Source: Nageia nagi (taxonomy: Eukaryota > Plantae > Pinophyta). Taken from it: a stretch of 64,000 nt of DNA. The position numbers were made by a program, and so were the translations under genes. Position 1 is the stretch's first letter; the number at the start of each line of letters is the position of its first letter. The notes below the pieces were generated by a model. It ran no database searches, was not told the DNA's origin, and worked only from the letters and a program-made list of their open reading frames with translations. Positions 1 through 13,479 of the stretch are shown piece by piece. The DNA is taken from contig JBITNC010000001.1 of assembly GCA_050084985.1 (NCBI GenBank), positions 25,172,001 through 25,236,000 on the forward strand. The letters run 5' to 3'.

Positions 1-2555
1 ATTGAATGAGCCAAAGAAATTGATTCAAATTGAGACCCACTCAAAGTGAGAACTGCAAAAGCATCTATAAAGAGAATATATACATATTGTAGAAAAAAGA
101 AACCAAACCCTAGGGATTGCAACATATTAATGATAAAGTACCATTTGATCCTATCATAAGCTTTCTCAAAATTAATTCTAATAAATAAAGCATCCTAACC
201 AAAGGATCGAGCCCACTCCATACCTTCCCAAACTGCAATCATATTATCTAGAATATAAATTCCCTTAATAAAGCTTATCTATTCTAGCTAAATAATCAAA
301 GGAAGTAGAGGCCTCAGCTTGAGATCTAGAGCTTTAGCTATAATTTTATAGCTCATATTTAACAAAGTAATGGGACACCAATTTGTAATCACTTCTGGAT
401 CTCTAAGCTTGGGTATGAACTTAATATTGCCTTTATTAAGCATTGGGCCTAAAGAACCCAAAATCATTACCTCTTTATAAACTTGGAGCAGATTAGGGTC
501 AACCATATCCCATAATTCTTTGTAAAATTCACAAGGAAAGTTATCAATTCCAAGGGCTTTATCATTTTCCATTTGATAAAGGGCAACTTTCAAATATTCT
601 AAGGAAAGAGGAGTATCACATGGTTCCCTTTGAGCTTGAGAAAGCTTAAGAGGTATGACAACATAACACACATTGATAACTTCTTATCTAGTAGGAGTTA
701 AAGGTTGAGAAGAAAAAACTTTTTGATAATGGTTGACAAAAACCTACATGATCTTAAGAAAAGGAGTAAGACAAACACCCTCAATTTGAATAAATTTGAA
801 TTAAATGGCATGAATAGGGGGAAAAAGGCGTTGGAAAAACTCTTTAGTAACTTTATCACCCACTTTAAGCCAACTAATATGGGCTCAAAGTTGGGCACCT
901 CTAGCTTTGTACAATTCATCTTTCCTCACTTCATGGAAAAGAGCAGTAACATAAGCTTCAGCAGGTTAGCTAAATCTATTAGCCTCCAAGATCTGAGAAG
1001 CTTAAGATAGCTCTTCCTTGATAGCCAAATTCGATCTATGTATTCTCTTTGCAAACTTTACCCCAAACATATGTAACACCTTGGTGGTGTTGATTATGAT
1101 ATTATTCCACCATTGAATCCAAATAGAAGACCTTAAAGGTATAGGGATTAAATTCTAGATCTGATAGACATTAGCTTTCATAGTAGAGGATTGCAAGAAC
1201 GAGGTGTTCAAGTAAAAAAGCGAGTGGAAGAGGTAAGCAGGAGCTTGAGAGTAAGAATTAGCAAAGAGGATCGGGGAATGGTCTGAAAGAGTTGTACCAT
1301 GGATAATAGACACAAATGAAAGGTTAGAGGAAAGCCTTTTTGGATGAAAGAAATCACATTCAGAAATCATAACTCGATCAAGGTGTTTGAGAACTTGATA
1401 TTCATTATCTTGGAAGTTTGATTATGTAAACTACTAAGCTTCAAGAAAGTATTTCGGGGAAAAGGTGCAATTAGGGTAAAAAAGGTTGAGGTTATTTTTA
1501 TAAAAAAATCAAGCTTCCCGCTCACCTAAATTCCACCTCATAGTAGTCTTACTTTTCTTATCTGAATACTTTTCAACCATATTGAAGTCTTCGCACAAAA
1601 TTCAGGTGGCCAATGGTAGCGAAAAAGCAAGCCAATGCCATAACTCTTTTCTCTCCTCAACATCATTGGAGGCATAAATATTGATAATGCCAAAAGATTT
1701 TCTAAAAACCTCAAGCAAGACCCAAATAACTTGATTAGAAGGGTCAACACCCCAAGAAATAATATTAAATTACCACTTAGGAGAAATGAAAATGATAGCT
1801 CCCCCTTTACCAAAAGCATGATTGGTGTGAAAGAAGGGGACCCTCGGTCACAGAAATGTACAAGTGCACTATAGAATAAAATCAACAACTTTGACTTCTT
1901 GCAAATAGATAAAATCCAACATTCCATAAGAGTGAGTGATATCTTGAAGCTCACTTTAGACTGTATATTTGCAGGTTAGGTCCATCAACCCTCTGATATT
2001 CCATGAAAACATGATCATTAGAGAATGTCAAGGATATGAAGGTCCATAGCATCCTCAGATTCTCTAAAAATCCCTCTTATAAACATTAGAAGCCCAAATA
2101 AAATCTCAAAGAAGCTTTTCTAACTTTTGGTAGCAAGCTTTAGAAGGGACCTAATAAGAAGAATAATAAACATGAGTAGAGGCCAACACTTTGGGTCATA
2201 TTTGAAACTTCCTAGCTAAAGATAATTTTTTAGTCAACCAGTAGCTAAGTTTGTTTTCAACTCTTTGCACCATAGAATTCTAAATCTAAGTAATGGAAGC
2301 TTGAAAACCAAAGGGAATACCCAAAATTTTAAACATTCTCTCCATTTTGAATCCATTTCCAAGAGAAATTAGAAAGCCACTCAAGAAGATTATGAACAAA
2401 TTGCATGTAAAAAGTGTCCAAACAATTAAGAGAATTCTTGAGAGATTGCTCTTATCTACTCATGTGATAATGGAATCATCAACAAAGTGGCCATTTAAAA
2501 GTTGAACTTGAGAGTTGGAAAGGGAAATACCCTTCACTAAACCTTGAGAAGCCTG

Positions 2556-2676
2556 ATGAGCAAGAAGAAAGCCAAAAGCTTCTATAGCAAGAATGAGCAA
2601 GAAGATAGCCAAAAGCTTCTATAGCAAGAATGAGCAAGAAGATAGACAAAAGCTTCTATAGCAAGAATGAGCAAGG
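2556..2676. repeat. 37-bp tandem repeat x3 inside the LINE RT
   Basis: ATGAGCAAGAAGA(A/T)AG(C/A)CAAAAGCTTCTATAGCAAGA at 2556, 2593 and 2630, plus a partial copy. Confidence 0.9.
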
Positions 2677-5255
2677 AGGGAGCTAAATGGAAACCCTTCT
2701 ACATTGAATGAGCCAAAGAAATTGATTCAAATTGAGATCCACTCAAAGTGAGAACTGCAGAAGCATCTATAAAGAGAATATATACAGATTGTAGAAAAAA
2801 GAAACCAAACCCTAGGGATTGCAACATATTAATGATAAAGTTCCATTTGATCCTATCATAAGCTTTCTCAAAATTAATTCTAATAAATAAAGCATCCTGA
2901 CCAAAGGAGCGAGCCCACTCCATACCTTCCCAAACTGCAATCATATTATCTAGAATATAAATTCCCTTAATAAAGCTTATCTATTCTAGCTAAATAATCA
3001 AAGGAAGTGGAGGCCTCAGCTTGAGATCTAGAGCTTTAGCTATAATTTTATAGCTCATATTTAACAAAGTAATGGGACACCAATTTGTAATCAACTCTGG
3101 ATCTCCAAGCTTGGGGATGAACTTAATATTGCCTTTATTAAGCATTGGTCCTAAAGAACCCAAAATCATTACCTCTTTATAAACTTGGAGCAGATTAGGG
3201 TCAACCATATCCCATAGTTCTTTATAAAATTCATAAGGAAAGTTATCAATTCCAAGGGCTTTATCATTTTCCATTTGATAAAGGGAAACTTTCAAATATT
3301 CTAAGGAAAGAGGAGTATCACATGGTTCCCTTTGAGCTTGAGAAAGCTTAAGAGGTATGACAATAGAACACACATTGATAACTTCTTATCTAGTAGGAGT
3401 TAAAGGTTGAGAAGAAAAAACTTTTTGATAATGGTTGACAAAAACCTACATGATCTTATGAAAAGGAGCAAGACAGACACCCTTAGTTTGAATAAATTTG
3501 AATTAAACGACATGAATAGGGGAAAAAGGTGTTGGAAAAACTCTTTAGTAACTTTGCCACCCACTTTAAGCCAACTGAGATGGGCTCGAAGTTGGGCACC
3601 TCTAGCTTTGTACAAGTCATCTTTCCTCACTTCATGGAAAAGAGTAGTAACATAAGCTTCAGCAGGTTAGCTAAATCTATTAGCCTCCAAGATCTGAGAA
3701 GCTTAAGATAGCTCTTCCTTGATAGCCAAATTGGATCTATGTATTCTCTTTGCAAACTTTACCCCAAACATATGTAACACCTTGGTGGTGTCGATTATGA
3801 TATTATTCCACCATTGAATCCAAATAGAAAACCTTAAAGTTATAGGGATTAAATTCTAGATCCGATAGACATTAGCTTTCATAGTAGAGGATTGCAAGAA
3901 CGAGGTGTTCAAGGAAAAAAGCGAGTGGAAGAGGCAAGCAGGAGCTTGAGAGTAAGAATTAGTAAAGAGGATCGGGGAATGGTCTGAAAGAGTTGTACCA
4001 CGGATAATAGACACAAATGAAAGGTTAGAGGAAAGTTTTTTTGGATGAAGAAATCACATTCAGAAATCATAACTCGATCAAGGTGTTTGAGAACTTGATA
4101 TTCATTAGCTTGGAAGTTTGACTATGTAAACTACTAAGCTTCAAGAAAGTATTTCGGGGAAAAGGTGCAATTAGGGTAAAAAAGGTTAAGGTTATTTTTA
4201 TAAAAAAATCAAGCTTCCCGCTCACCTAAATTCCACCTCATAGTAGTCTTACTTTTCTTATCTGAATACTTTTCAACCATATTGAAGTCTTCGCACAAAA
4301 TTCAGGTGGCCAATGGTAGCGAAAAAGCAAGCCAATGCCATAACTCTTTTCTCTCCTCAACATCATTGGAGGCATAAATATTGATAATGCCAAAATATTT
4401 TCTAAAAACCTCAAGCAAGACCCAAATAACTTGATTAGAAGGGTCAACACCCCAAGAAATAATATTAAATTACCACTTAGGAGAAATGAAAATGATAGCT
4501 CCCCCTTTACCAAAAGCATGATTGGTGTGAAAGAAGGGGACCCTCGGTCACAGAAACGTACAAGTGCACTATAGAATAAAATCAACAACTTTGACTTCTT
4601 GCAAATAGATAAAATCCAACATTCCATAAGAGTGAGTGATATCTTGAAGCTCACTTCGAACTGTATATTTGCAGGTTAGGTCCATCAACCCTCTGATATT
4701 CCATGAAAACATGATCATTAGAGAATGTCAAGGATATGAAGGTCCATAGCATCCTCAGATTCTCTAAAAATCCCTCTTATAAACATCAGAAGCCCAAATA
4801 AAATCTCAAAGAAGCTTTTCTAACTTTTGGTAGCAAGCTTTAGAAGGGACCTAATAAGAAGAATAATAAACATGAGTAGAGGCCAACACTTTGGGTCATA
4901 TTTGAAACTTCCTAGCTAAAGATAATTTTTTAGTCAACCAGTAGCTAAGTTTGTTTTCAACTCTTTGCACCATAGAATTCTAAATCTAAGTAATGGAAGC
5001 TTGAAAACCAAAGGGAATACCCAAAATTTTAAACATTCTCTACATTTTGAATCCATTTCCAAGAGAAATTAGAAAGCCACTCAAGAAGATTATGAACAAA
5101 TTGCATGTAAAAAGTGTCCAAACAATTAAGAGAATTCTTGAGAGATTGCTCTTATCTACTCATGTGATAATGGAATCATCAACAAAGTGGCCATTTAAAA
5201 GTTAAACTTGAGAGTTGGAAAGGGAAATACCCTTCACTAAACCTTGAGAAGCCTG

Positions 5256-5376
5256 ATGAGCAAGAAGAAAGCCAAAAGCTTCTATAGCAAGAATGAGCAA
5301 GAAGATAGCCAAAAGCTTCTATAGCAAGAATGAGCAAGAAGATAGACAAAAGCTTCTATAGCAAGAATGAGCAAGG
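5256..5376. repeat. 37-bp tandem repeat x3 (same repeat in the next array unit)
   Basis: Same three units as 2556-2676, offset by 2700. Confidence 0.9.
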
Positions 5377-8300
5377 AGGGAGCTAAAGGGAAACCCTTCT
5401 GCATTGAATGAGCCAAAGAAATTGATTCAAATTGAGACCCTCTCAAAGTGAGAACTGCAGAAGCATCTATAAAGAGAATATATACAGATTGTAGAAAAAA
5501 GAAACCAAACCCTAGGGATTGCAACATATTAATGATAAAGTTCCATTTGATCCTATCATAAGCTTTCTCAAAATTAATTCTAATAAATAAAGCATCCTGA
5601 CCAAAGGAGCGAGCCCACTCCATACCTTCCCAAACTGCAATCATATTATCTAGAATATAAATTCCCTTAATAAAGCTTATCTATTCTAGCTAAATAATCA
5701 AAGGAAGTAGAGGCCTCAGCTTGAGATCTAGAGCTTTAGCTATAATTTTATAGCTCATATTTAACAAAGTAATGGGACACCAATTTGTAATCAACTCTGG
5801 ATCTCCAAGCTTGGGGATGAACTTAATATTGCCTTTATTAAGCATTGGGCCTAAAGAACCCAAAATCATTACCTCTTTATAAACTTGGAGCAGATTAGGG
5901 TCAACCATATCCCATAATTCTTTGTAAAATTCATAAGGAAAGTTATCAATTCCAAGGGCTTTATCATTTTCCATTTGATAAAGGGAAACTTTCAAATATT
6001 ATAAGGAAAGAGGAGTATCACATGGTTCCCTTTGAGCTTGAGAAAGCTTAAGAGGTATGACAATAGAACACACATTGATAACTTCTTATCTAGTAGGAGT
6101 TAAAGGTTGAGAAGAAAAAACTTTTTGATAATGGTTGACAAAAACCTACATGATCTTATGAAAAGGAGCAAGACAGACACCCTTAGTTTGAATAAATTTG
6201 AATTAAACGACATGAATAGGGGGAAAAAGGTGTTGGAAAAACTCTTTAGTAACTTTGCCACCCACTTTAAGCCAACTGAGATGGGCTCGAAGTTGGGCAC
6301 CTCTAGCTTTGTACAAGTCATCTTTCCTCACTTCATGGAAAAGAGTAGTAACATAAGCTTCAGCAGGTTAGCTAAATCTATTAGCCTCCAAGATCTGAGA
6401 AGCTTAAGATAGCTCTTCCTTGATAGCCAAATTGGATCTATGTATTCTCTTTGCAAACTTTACCCCAAACATATGTAACACCTTGGTGGTGTCGATTATG
6501 ATATTATTCCACCATTGAATCCAAATAGAAAACCTTAAAGTTATAGGGATTAAATTCTAGATCCGATAGACATTAGCTTTCATAGTAGAGGATTGCAAGA
6601 ACGAGGTGTTCAAGTAAAAAAGCGAGAGGAAGAGGCAAGCAGGAGCTTGAGAGTAAGAATTAGTAAAGAGGATCGGGGAATGGTCTGAAAGAGTTGTACC
6701 ACGGATAATAGACACAAATGAAAGGATAGAGGAAAGCCTTTTTGGATGAAAGAAATCACATTCAGAAATCATAACTCGATCAAGGTGTTTGAGAACTTGA
6801 TATTCATTAGCTTGGAAGTTTGACTATGTAAACTACTAAGCTTCAAGAAAGTATTTCGGGGAAAAGGTGCAATTAGGGTAAAAAAGGTTAAGGTTATTTT
6901 TATAAAAAAATCAAGCTTCCCGTTCACCTAAATTCCACCTCATAGTAGTCTTACTTTTCTTATCTGAATACTTTTCAACCATGTTGAAGTCTTCGCACAA
7001 AATTCAGGTGGCCAATGGTAGCGAAAAAGCAAGCCAATGCCATAACTCTTTTCTCTCCTCAACATCATTGGAGGCATAAATATTGATAATGCCAAAAGAT
7101 TTTCTAAAAACCTCAAGCAAGACCCAAAAAACTTGATTAGAAGGGTCAACACCCCAAGAAATAATATTATATTACCACTTAGGAGAAATGAAAATGATAG
7201 CTCCCCCTTTCCCAAAAGCATGATTGGTGTGAAAGAAGGGGACCCTCGGCCAGAGAAACGTACAAGTGCACTGTAGAATAAAATCAACAAATTTGACTTC
7301 TTGCAAATAGATAAAATCCAACATTCCATAAGCGTGAGTGATATCTTGAAGCTCACTTCGAACTGTATATTTGCAGGTTAGGTCCATCAACCCTCTGATA
7401 TTCCATGAAAACATGATCATTAGAGAATGTCAAGGATATGAAGGTCCATAGCATCCTCAGATTCTCTGAAAACATGCAAAGACTCAAATGAGTTACTGTC
7501 ACTTTATGTTCTTCCTAAAGACACACCCATCTCTCTACATTTCTCCATAGGTTCATGATGAATACTCCTTTAAGGGATCTAGATTGGTGGAGTTGGAAAG
7601 AAGAGTTTTCCTTCACACTAGAAGCAAGGGGACGATATAGCCACTATTGAGGCTTAAGAGGGACCAGACCAGATGGAATGCACAAAGGGGTCATGGGTGA
7701 CCACTGGAGCATTAGCAGCTGTCGAGGATGGTTGAATCACAGGGCCCACTTGAGAGGGTTGCATGTTAACTTAGGATACATGAGCAACTGATAGTGAGTT
7801 GCCAAACACAACTTGTTAGATAATCTTAATTATTATATTAATATTGTTATTTTGTTATATAATCTTAATTATTATATTAATATTGTTATTTTTTAATATA
7901 TAACAATTAATATTAATATTGTTATAACATTTGATAATATAATATACGATTAATTAACAAAATAAATAATTTTTTTTAACTTCAATCAATACCTTATTAT
8001 AAATTTATATTATTTTAATAATATCAATTTGTAATATCAAATATTATTTTTATTTTTATTTTAATATTTCATAAATAATTTAAAAATATTTATTTTACTT
8101 CAAACATAATTAAATTAATTTACAATATCAAATATTATTGTTATTATGATATTTATGTTGCATATATAATTTTAAACCAATATCATTAGAATTTACACTT
8201 TCAAATATTTTTTTTCTTTTCTAATTATCTAATCAATGATTTAAATAATTATGAAAGTCTACAAACCATAGTCTCCGTAACCATTGCACTATGTTGCAAT

Positions 8301-8481
8301 TGCTAGTATTAATGTATTTCGAAGGACAAAAAGAATTTGATGTGCATTACAATATAGAAACCGTCATAAAAACATTATTGACGCTGAGGGGCAAACGTCA
8401 AATTTCAACCCTCCACAGTATACAATTCGAGGAAGGATCGAGAGGCAGTTAAATGCGAGTCGTTAATTCTTCCGACCCAAC

Positions 8482-8501
8482 GGAAATGTCCGGAATGTTC
8501 G
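8482..8501 (+). promoter_or_regulatory. Heat-shock element (four inverted nGAAn pentamers, one mismatch)
   Basis: gGAAa tGTCc gGAAt gTTCg, ~250 bp upstream of the HSP70 ATG. Confidence 0.8.
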
Positions 8502-8546
8502 CGATATAAAAATCCACCACATTCTACCGAATTCCAAACCTCCCCT

Positions 8547-8583
8547 AGAAATTTCTACGCTCTTCTTCTCCCTTGTATTTAAA
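8547..8583 (+). promoter_or_regulatory. TATA-proximal gapped heat-shock element and TATA-like box
   Basis: aGAAa tTTCt (5 bp) cTTCt at 8547-8566, followed by TATTTAAA at 8576-8583. Confidence 0.7.
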
Positions 8584-8742
8584 TTACTAACGCATCCACA
8601 TTCCCCAATTCGACTATTGACAGCGTTCTTTCCTTTCATCACTCTTCGCAGCTTTCTCTACAGTTGAGAGTTTTCTGTGTCTTCAATTTGCTTCATAAAT
8701 TGTGTGTATATTTTCTGCCTTGAGATTCTAGGGAGAGGGTAA

Positions 8743-10677
8743 ATGGCGAGCAAGGGCGAAGGCAAGGCCATCGGCATTGATTTGGGCACAACATACAGCT
8801 GCGTGGGAGTATGGCAGCATGATCGCGTTGAGATCATTGCCAATGACCAGGGGAATCGAACCACTCCCTCCTACGTCGCCTTCACCGATACGGAGAGGCT
8901 GATCGGTGATGCGGCCAAGAATCAGGTCGCCATGAATCCCACCAACACCGTTTTCGACGCCAAGCGGCTGATCGGCAGGAGATTCAGCGATTCCCCTGTC
9001 CAGGCCGACATGAAGCACTGGCCTTTCAAGGTGGTGGCAGGCCCAGGCGACAAGCCCATGATCCAGGTCCTGTACAAGGGCGAGACCAAGCAATTCTCTC
9101 CCGAGGAGATCTCCTCCATGGTTCTCACCAAGATGAAGGAGATCGCCGAGGCCTTTTTGGGCCAGACTGTGAAAAACGCGGTGATCACTGTGCCCGCCTA
9201 CTTCAACGACTCGCAGAGGCAGGCCACCAAGGATGCCGGACTCATTGCCGGCCTCAATGTGCTCAGAATCATCAACGAGCCCACCGCTGCCGCCATCGCC
9301 TACGGTCTCGACAAGAAGGGCGGCTCCGCCGGTGAGAAGAACATTCTCATCTTCGACCTCGGCGGAGGCACCTTCGACGTCTCTCTGCTCACCATCGAGG
9401 AGGGCATCTTCGAGGTGAAGGCCACGGCCGGAGACACGCATTTGGGAGGGGAGGATTTCGACAACAGACTGGTCAATCATTTCGTGCAGGAATTCAAGAG
9501 GAAACACAAGAAGGACATGAGCACCAACGCCAGAGCCCTGAGGAGGCTGAGGACCGCGTGCGAGAAGGCCAAGAGGACTCTCTCCTCCACCGCCCAGACC
9601 ACCATCGAGATCGACTCTCTCTTCGAAGGGATTGACTTCTATTCCACCATCACCAGGGCCAGGTTCGAGGAACTCAACATGGATCTCTTCAGGAAGTGCA
9701 TGGAGCCCGTGGAGAAGTGCCTCAGGGATGCCAAGATGGACAAGGGCCAGATCGGGGAGGTGGTCCTGGTGGGCGGGTCCACTCGGATCCCAAAGGTCCA
9801 GCAACTGCTGCAGGACTTTTTCAACGGCAAGGAGCTCTGCAAGAGCATCAATCCGGATGAAGCCGTGGCCTACGGCGCGGCCGTGCAGGCTGCCATCCTG
9901 AGCGGAGAAGGGGACCAGAAGGTGCAGGACTTGCTGCTTCTCGACGTCACTCCCCTCAGCCTCGGCCTCGAGACCGCCGGAGGCGTGATGACCGTGCTCA
10001 TTCCCAGGAACACCACCATTCCCTGCAAGAAAGAGCAGATCTTCTCCACGTATTCGGACAACCAGCCCGGAGTGTTGATCCAAGTCTACGAGGGGGAGCG
10101 CGCCAGGACTAGAGATAACAACTTGCTGGGCAAGTTCGAGCTGAGCGGCATTCCCCCGGCTCCCCGCGGCGTGCCCCAAATCAACGTGACGTTCGACATC
10201 GACGCGAACGGCATTCTGAACGTGTCGGCGGAGGACAAGACGGCGGGAGTGAAGAACAAGATCACCATCACCAACGACAAGGGCCGCCTCAGCAAGGAGG
10301 ACATCGAGCGCATGGTTGAGGAGGCGGAGAAGTACAAGCAGGAGGACGAGGAGGTGAAGAAGAAGGTCGACGCCAAGAACTCGCTGGAGAACTACGCGTA
10401 CAACATGAGGAACACCGTCAGGGACGACAAATTCAGCGCCAAGCTCGACCCCGCCGACAAGGAGAAGATCGACAATGCCGTGAACGATGCCCTCGCCTGG
10501 CTCGACAGCAATCAGCTCGCGGAAGTGGAGGAGTTTGAGGACAAGCAGAAAGAGCTCGAAGCCCTCTGCAACCCCGTCATCGCCAAGATGTACGGCTCGG
10601 GCGCAGGGATGGGATCCGGAGGCTCCCACTCCGAGGGAGCAGATGGATACGGCCCCACCATCGAAGAGGTGGATTAG
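8743..10677 (+). CDS. HSP70: Cytosolic heat shock protein 70 (644 aa, intronless)
   Basis: [70 protein letters not shown] and C-terminal GPTIEEVD. Single uninterrupted ORF; AATAAA at 10846. Confidence 0.99.
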   Translation: MASKGEGKAIGIDLGTTYSCVGVWQHDRVEIIANDQGNRTTPSYVAFTDTERLIGDAAKNQVAMNPTNTVFDAKRLIGRRFSDSPVQADMKHWPFKVVAGPGDKPMIQVLYKGETKQFSPEEISSMVLTKMKEIAEAFLGQTVKNAVITVPAYFNDSQRQATKDAGLIAGLNVLRIINEPTAAAIAYGLDKKGGSAGEKNILIFDLGGGTFDVSLLTIEEGIFEVKATAGDTHLGGEDFDNRLVNHFVQEFKRKHKKDMSTNARALRRLRTACEKAKRTLSSTAQTTIEIDSLFEGIDFYSTITRARFEELNMDLFRKCMEPVEKCLRDAKMDKGQIGEVVLVGGSTRIPKVQQLLQDFFNGKELCKSINPDEAVAYGAAVQAAILSGEGDQKVQDLLLLDVTPLSLGLETAGGVMTVLIPRNTTIPCKKEQIFSTYSDNQPGVLIQVYEGERARTRDNNLLGKFELSGIPPAPRGVPQINVTFDIDANGILNVSAEDKTAGVKNKITITNDKGRLSKEDIERMVEEAEKYKQEDEEVKKKVDAKNSLENYAYNMRNTVRDDKFSAKLDPADKEKIDNAVNDALAWLDSNQLAEVEEFEDKQKELEALCNPVIAKMYGSGAGMGSGGSHSEGADGYGPTIEEVD

Positions 10678-11136
10678 AGAATTCACTGAGGAACCACTGG
10701 CTCGTCCATTCTCATTCGCCCCCTGCTGGCTCTTAGATATCGGCTTTTTGGCCTTTTTATTTTGTATGGCTGCTGCTTCGGCTGCCCCCTAGTAACCGTG
10801 TATATTGACTTGATTGTAAAATGTGTGAAATAGCGTAATATCTGTAATAAAAATACTCTCTGAAAACTAATATAATCTGCATTTCTTTCGGTGCTCTGTT
10901 TTTTCCCATGATTGACTCACTCCGAAGAATCACTGTAATTTATATCAAATCGTTCTCCAATCAAATATTTGAATTATATTGTAGTGGAAATTATTAGTTG
11001 TAGCGTCATACCTTACAGAGTATTTCCTCCAGATGTGAACATACAACGGTCCATTTCGATTTACCAACCTATTGTTCTCTTACAGCAAATTGGTGCAACT
11101 TTTTTTCATTGTGTCAAAATTATCATTTAAGTTATT

Positions 11137-11537
11137 CATATCCATAGTTCATAATATGATTCATAGGAAAATTGTAAAAATTAATTGAATAACCAATAAA
11201 ATATGGTTGAGAACATAAGGAAGGTTCTTGTAGATTAGAGATGCAATTTAATATTGAAGGTGGAAGATTATTTTCTTACATTTATAGAGAAACATTTTAT
11301 GAAATATCATTTTATAATGCTTGGATCACTATATCATATCCATAGTTCATAATATGATTCATAGGAAAATTGTAAAAATTAATTGAATAACCAATAAAAT
11401 ATGGTTGAGAACATAAGGAAGGTTCTTGTAGATTAGAGATGCAATTTAATATTGAAGGTGGAAGATTATTTTCTTACATTTATAGAGAAACATTTTATGA
11501 AATATCATTTTATAATGCTTGGATCACTATATCATAT
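11137..11537. repeat. 198-bp perfect tandem duplication, present only in copy A
   Basis: CATATCCATAGTTCATAATATG at 11137 and 11335; TCATAT microhomology at the ends; single copy near 21282. Confidence 0.9.
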
Positions 11538-12329
11538 GGAGTTTTAGCCTTAATTTCAATTATTGAACTTTTTTTAAACATGGATATTATACTCATTAAG
11601 TTTGATATAGTATTTATAGTATTAATTGAAATATCCTTATCAATCAACAAGATTGTAAAGCCTCCCATGAGATTGATAAGAATGTTATGGAATTATTAGA
11701 TGTTGGGTTCCATTTTTCAACCTCAATTTTATGAGATAGAAAGAAAAATGAATGTTGGGGGATTTGTAAACTTTCACAAAATTTTGATCATCATTAACTT
11801 ATTAGAAAAATTAAATAAGGTGAAACTCTTCCATAAATTGGACCTCCACTCAAGCTATTGTTAAATCTACATGAGTTGCATATGACATTCTTCAATCTTT
11901 TAAACTCTCTTTTTACATTACATAGCTTGATTTATTATGTATTAAAGTTACAAATTTAACTATTAAGATTATAAGGACTATCTCTAACATCTTATATCAT
12001 ATTATAGCTTTATGATAAGAATCCCAAGTACACCTTTGAAATATATGTTATTAAATACCAATTCCATAGAGAGTGTCCATGTAGATTCAAAAAAGATAAA
12101 AGGAAATGAAGAGATTGGACAAAACCCCATGTCTTGAATGTTATATGAAGATTTTTAGGCCACAAAGGATACTATTACAAGTTTATCAAGGAATATGGTA
12201 AACTAACCATCTGATGAATGTTATGTTAAAGGAAAACATATTCATCTTTATAGAAATGGTTGAGTAAGAATTATATCAACTAAAACAATAAATTAACTTA
12301 CCACCCATAAATTGATCATTAAATTACTG

Positions 12330-12835
12330 CACTTTATAAATATTTGAAGACCTACCTTAGGTGTGTTGCATCTTTGGCATAATTTTTTTTCTTCTATCCA
12401 TTTGTATCTTTGATTTCACATTATTTTTTAAAATACACATACCCTTTTCAATGGTAACATTGAATATTTCACTTATCATCTTCACTTCCCTCTACCATCA
12501 TAAACTCTTTTTTCTTCTCTTTCTCTTGAGAAGTTTTGATTTTGTTTACTTCCTTATCATTGTGAGCTTGAACCAACATAATCATTCTTTAACATTTTCA
12601 TCCTTGAGGTAAAATCTTGCTTTATACCTCACCAAAGATATCTTTCAATATCTCTTCATGTGACATGAGAGAGCCTACAAGGTGATCAAGCTCCAAAATA
12701 ATTAAATCCTTAATTTCTTCAATTATATCTACATGGTTCCATATAGGTGTTAGACTCCTTGATCTCATTTTCCAACCTGTCTTTTAAGGTGGCAATGTTA
12801 TTGACCATATCTTTAATTCTAATGCAATACTCACT
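12330..12835 (-). mobile_element. Ty1/copia gag remnant (also at ~22215-22720)
   Basis: Minus strand reads CIRIKDMVNNIATL (gag/UBN2-like) and a decayed zinc knuckle NIQCYH*KGY..C. Confidence 0.55.
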
Positions 12836-12949
12836 TTCTAATGATATAACCAAGATGAAATGTAGTCAAATGATGTTTGTAATATAATGAATAGGGCATG
12901 ATGCAAACCAAAACCTAAGCCTCCTTTTGAATAGGTTAAAATTATTACT

Positions 12950-13420
12950 ATGGATAAAGTGAAGATTGAAGAGGAGATCAAAATGAACCTTAAGACCATG
13001 ATAATGAAGCACATATAAAAATCCCAAAATATATTATGAACCTTGAAATAAATTGGTGAAAGAATACCTTGATAAGGAGGTTTGTTGGATTTAGACCAAT
13101 TCTAGACATAATTAGAAGATGGATGATTGAAAAATGGAAAACAAAGGAGAAAGTGGATCTACTATATGGAAAAGGTTCTAGAGCTAGGGCCACAATTCCT
13201 TATTAGAAAAGGATTGGTACTTAAGGGATTTAGGCCAAAGATTGAAAAATGTTGATTTGATCCCAGCTTGGCTTAGCCTTCCAAATTATATATTTCTTTT
13301 TTTCTTTTGGATCGTAATCATCAAATAGTATTTCTTTCCTTTCTTTTAAGGTAAAATTGGAGAGGAATTTTATACAAGACCCAAAATGTATATTTGCAAA
13401 ATTTATATCATAATGATATT
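12950..13420 (+). mobile_element. LINE ORF1 (DUF4283-like) remnant (also at ~22840-23300)
   Basis: Plus strand reads NTLIRRFVGFRPILDIIRRWMIEKWK and PAWLSLPN, resembling plant L1 ORF1 motifs. Confidence 0.55.
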
Positions 13421-13479
13421 ATACTTAGTAGGTTATTTTTTTCCTAAAATGTTATAAAGGGATAACACACATGATTAAA

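Larger units (their letters stand above)
1..7420 (-). mobile_element. Degenerate L1-clade LINE ORF2 (APE endonuclease + reverse transcriptase), repeated once per array unit
   Basis: Minus-strand fragments: SWNIRGL, LQEVK, SDHSPI (endonuclease); KALGIDNFPCEFYK, NWCPITLLNMSYKIIAKAL, INFEKAYDRIKW, KGFPLAPSLLILAIE, HFVDDS (decayed RT motifs). Many stops and frameshifts. Confidence 0.9.
1..7467. repeat. Head-to-tail tandem array of a ~2.7-kb unit (at least 2.76 copies, runs off the left edge)
   Basis: ATTGAATGAGCCAAAGAAATTGATTC recurs at 1, 2703 and 5403 (period 2702/2700), and the ORF track repeats in triplicate. Unit junctions (..CAGATTCTCT|AAAAATCCCTC) lie at ~2066 and ~4766; the last copy instead continues ..CAGATTCTCTGAAAACATGC at ~7467. 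Confidence 0.97.

Noticed and set aside
2556-2676. 37-bp and other short repeats (48457-48710, 59562-59754) as CRISPR-like arrays
   Set aside because: Units are contiguous or have repeated spacers, lie inside eukaryotic TEs, and there are no cas genes.
8728-10686. 652-aa antisense ORF spanning HSP70
   Set aside because: It is in codon register with HSP70. A GC3-rich gene lacking TTA/CTA/TCA codons has no antisense stops, and long antisense ORFs are a known by-product in HSP70 genes. No independent evidence of coding.
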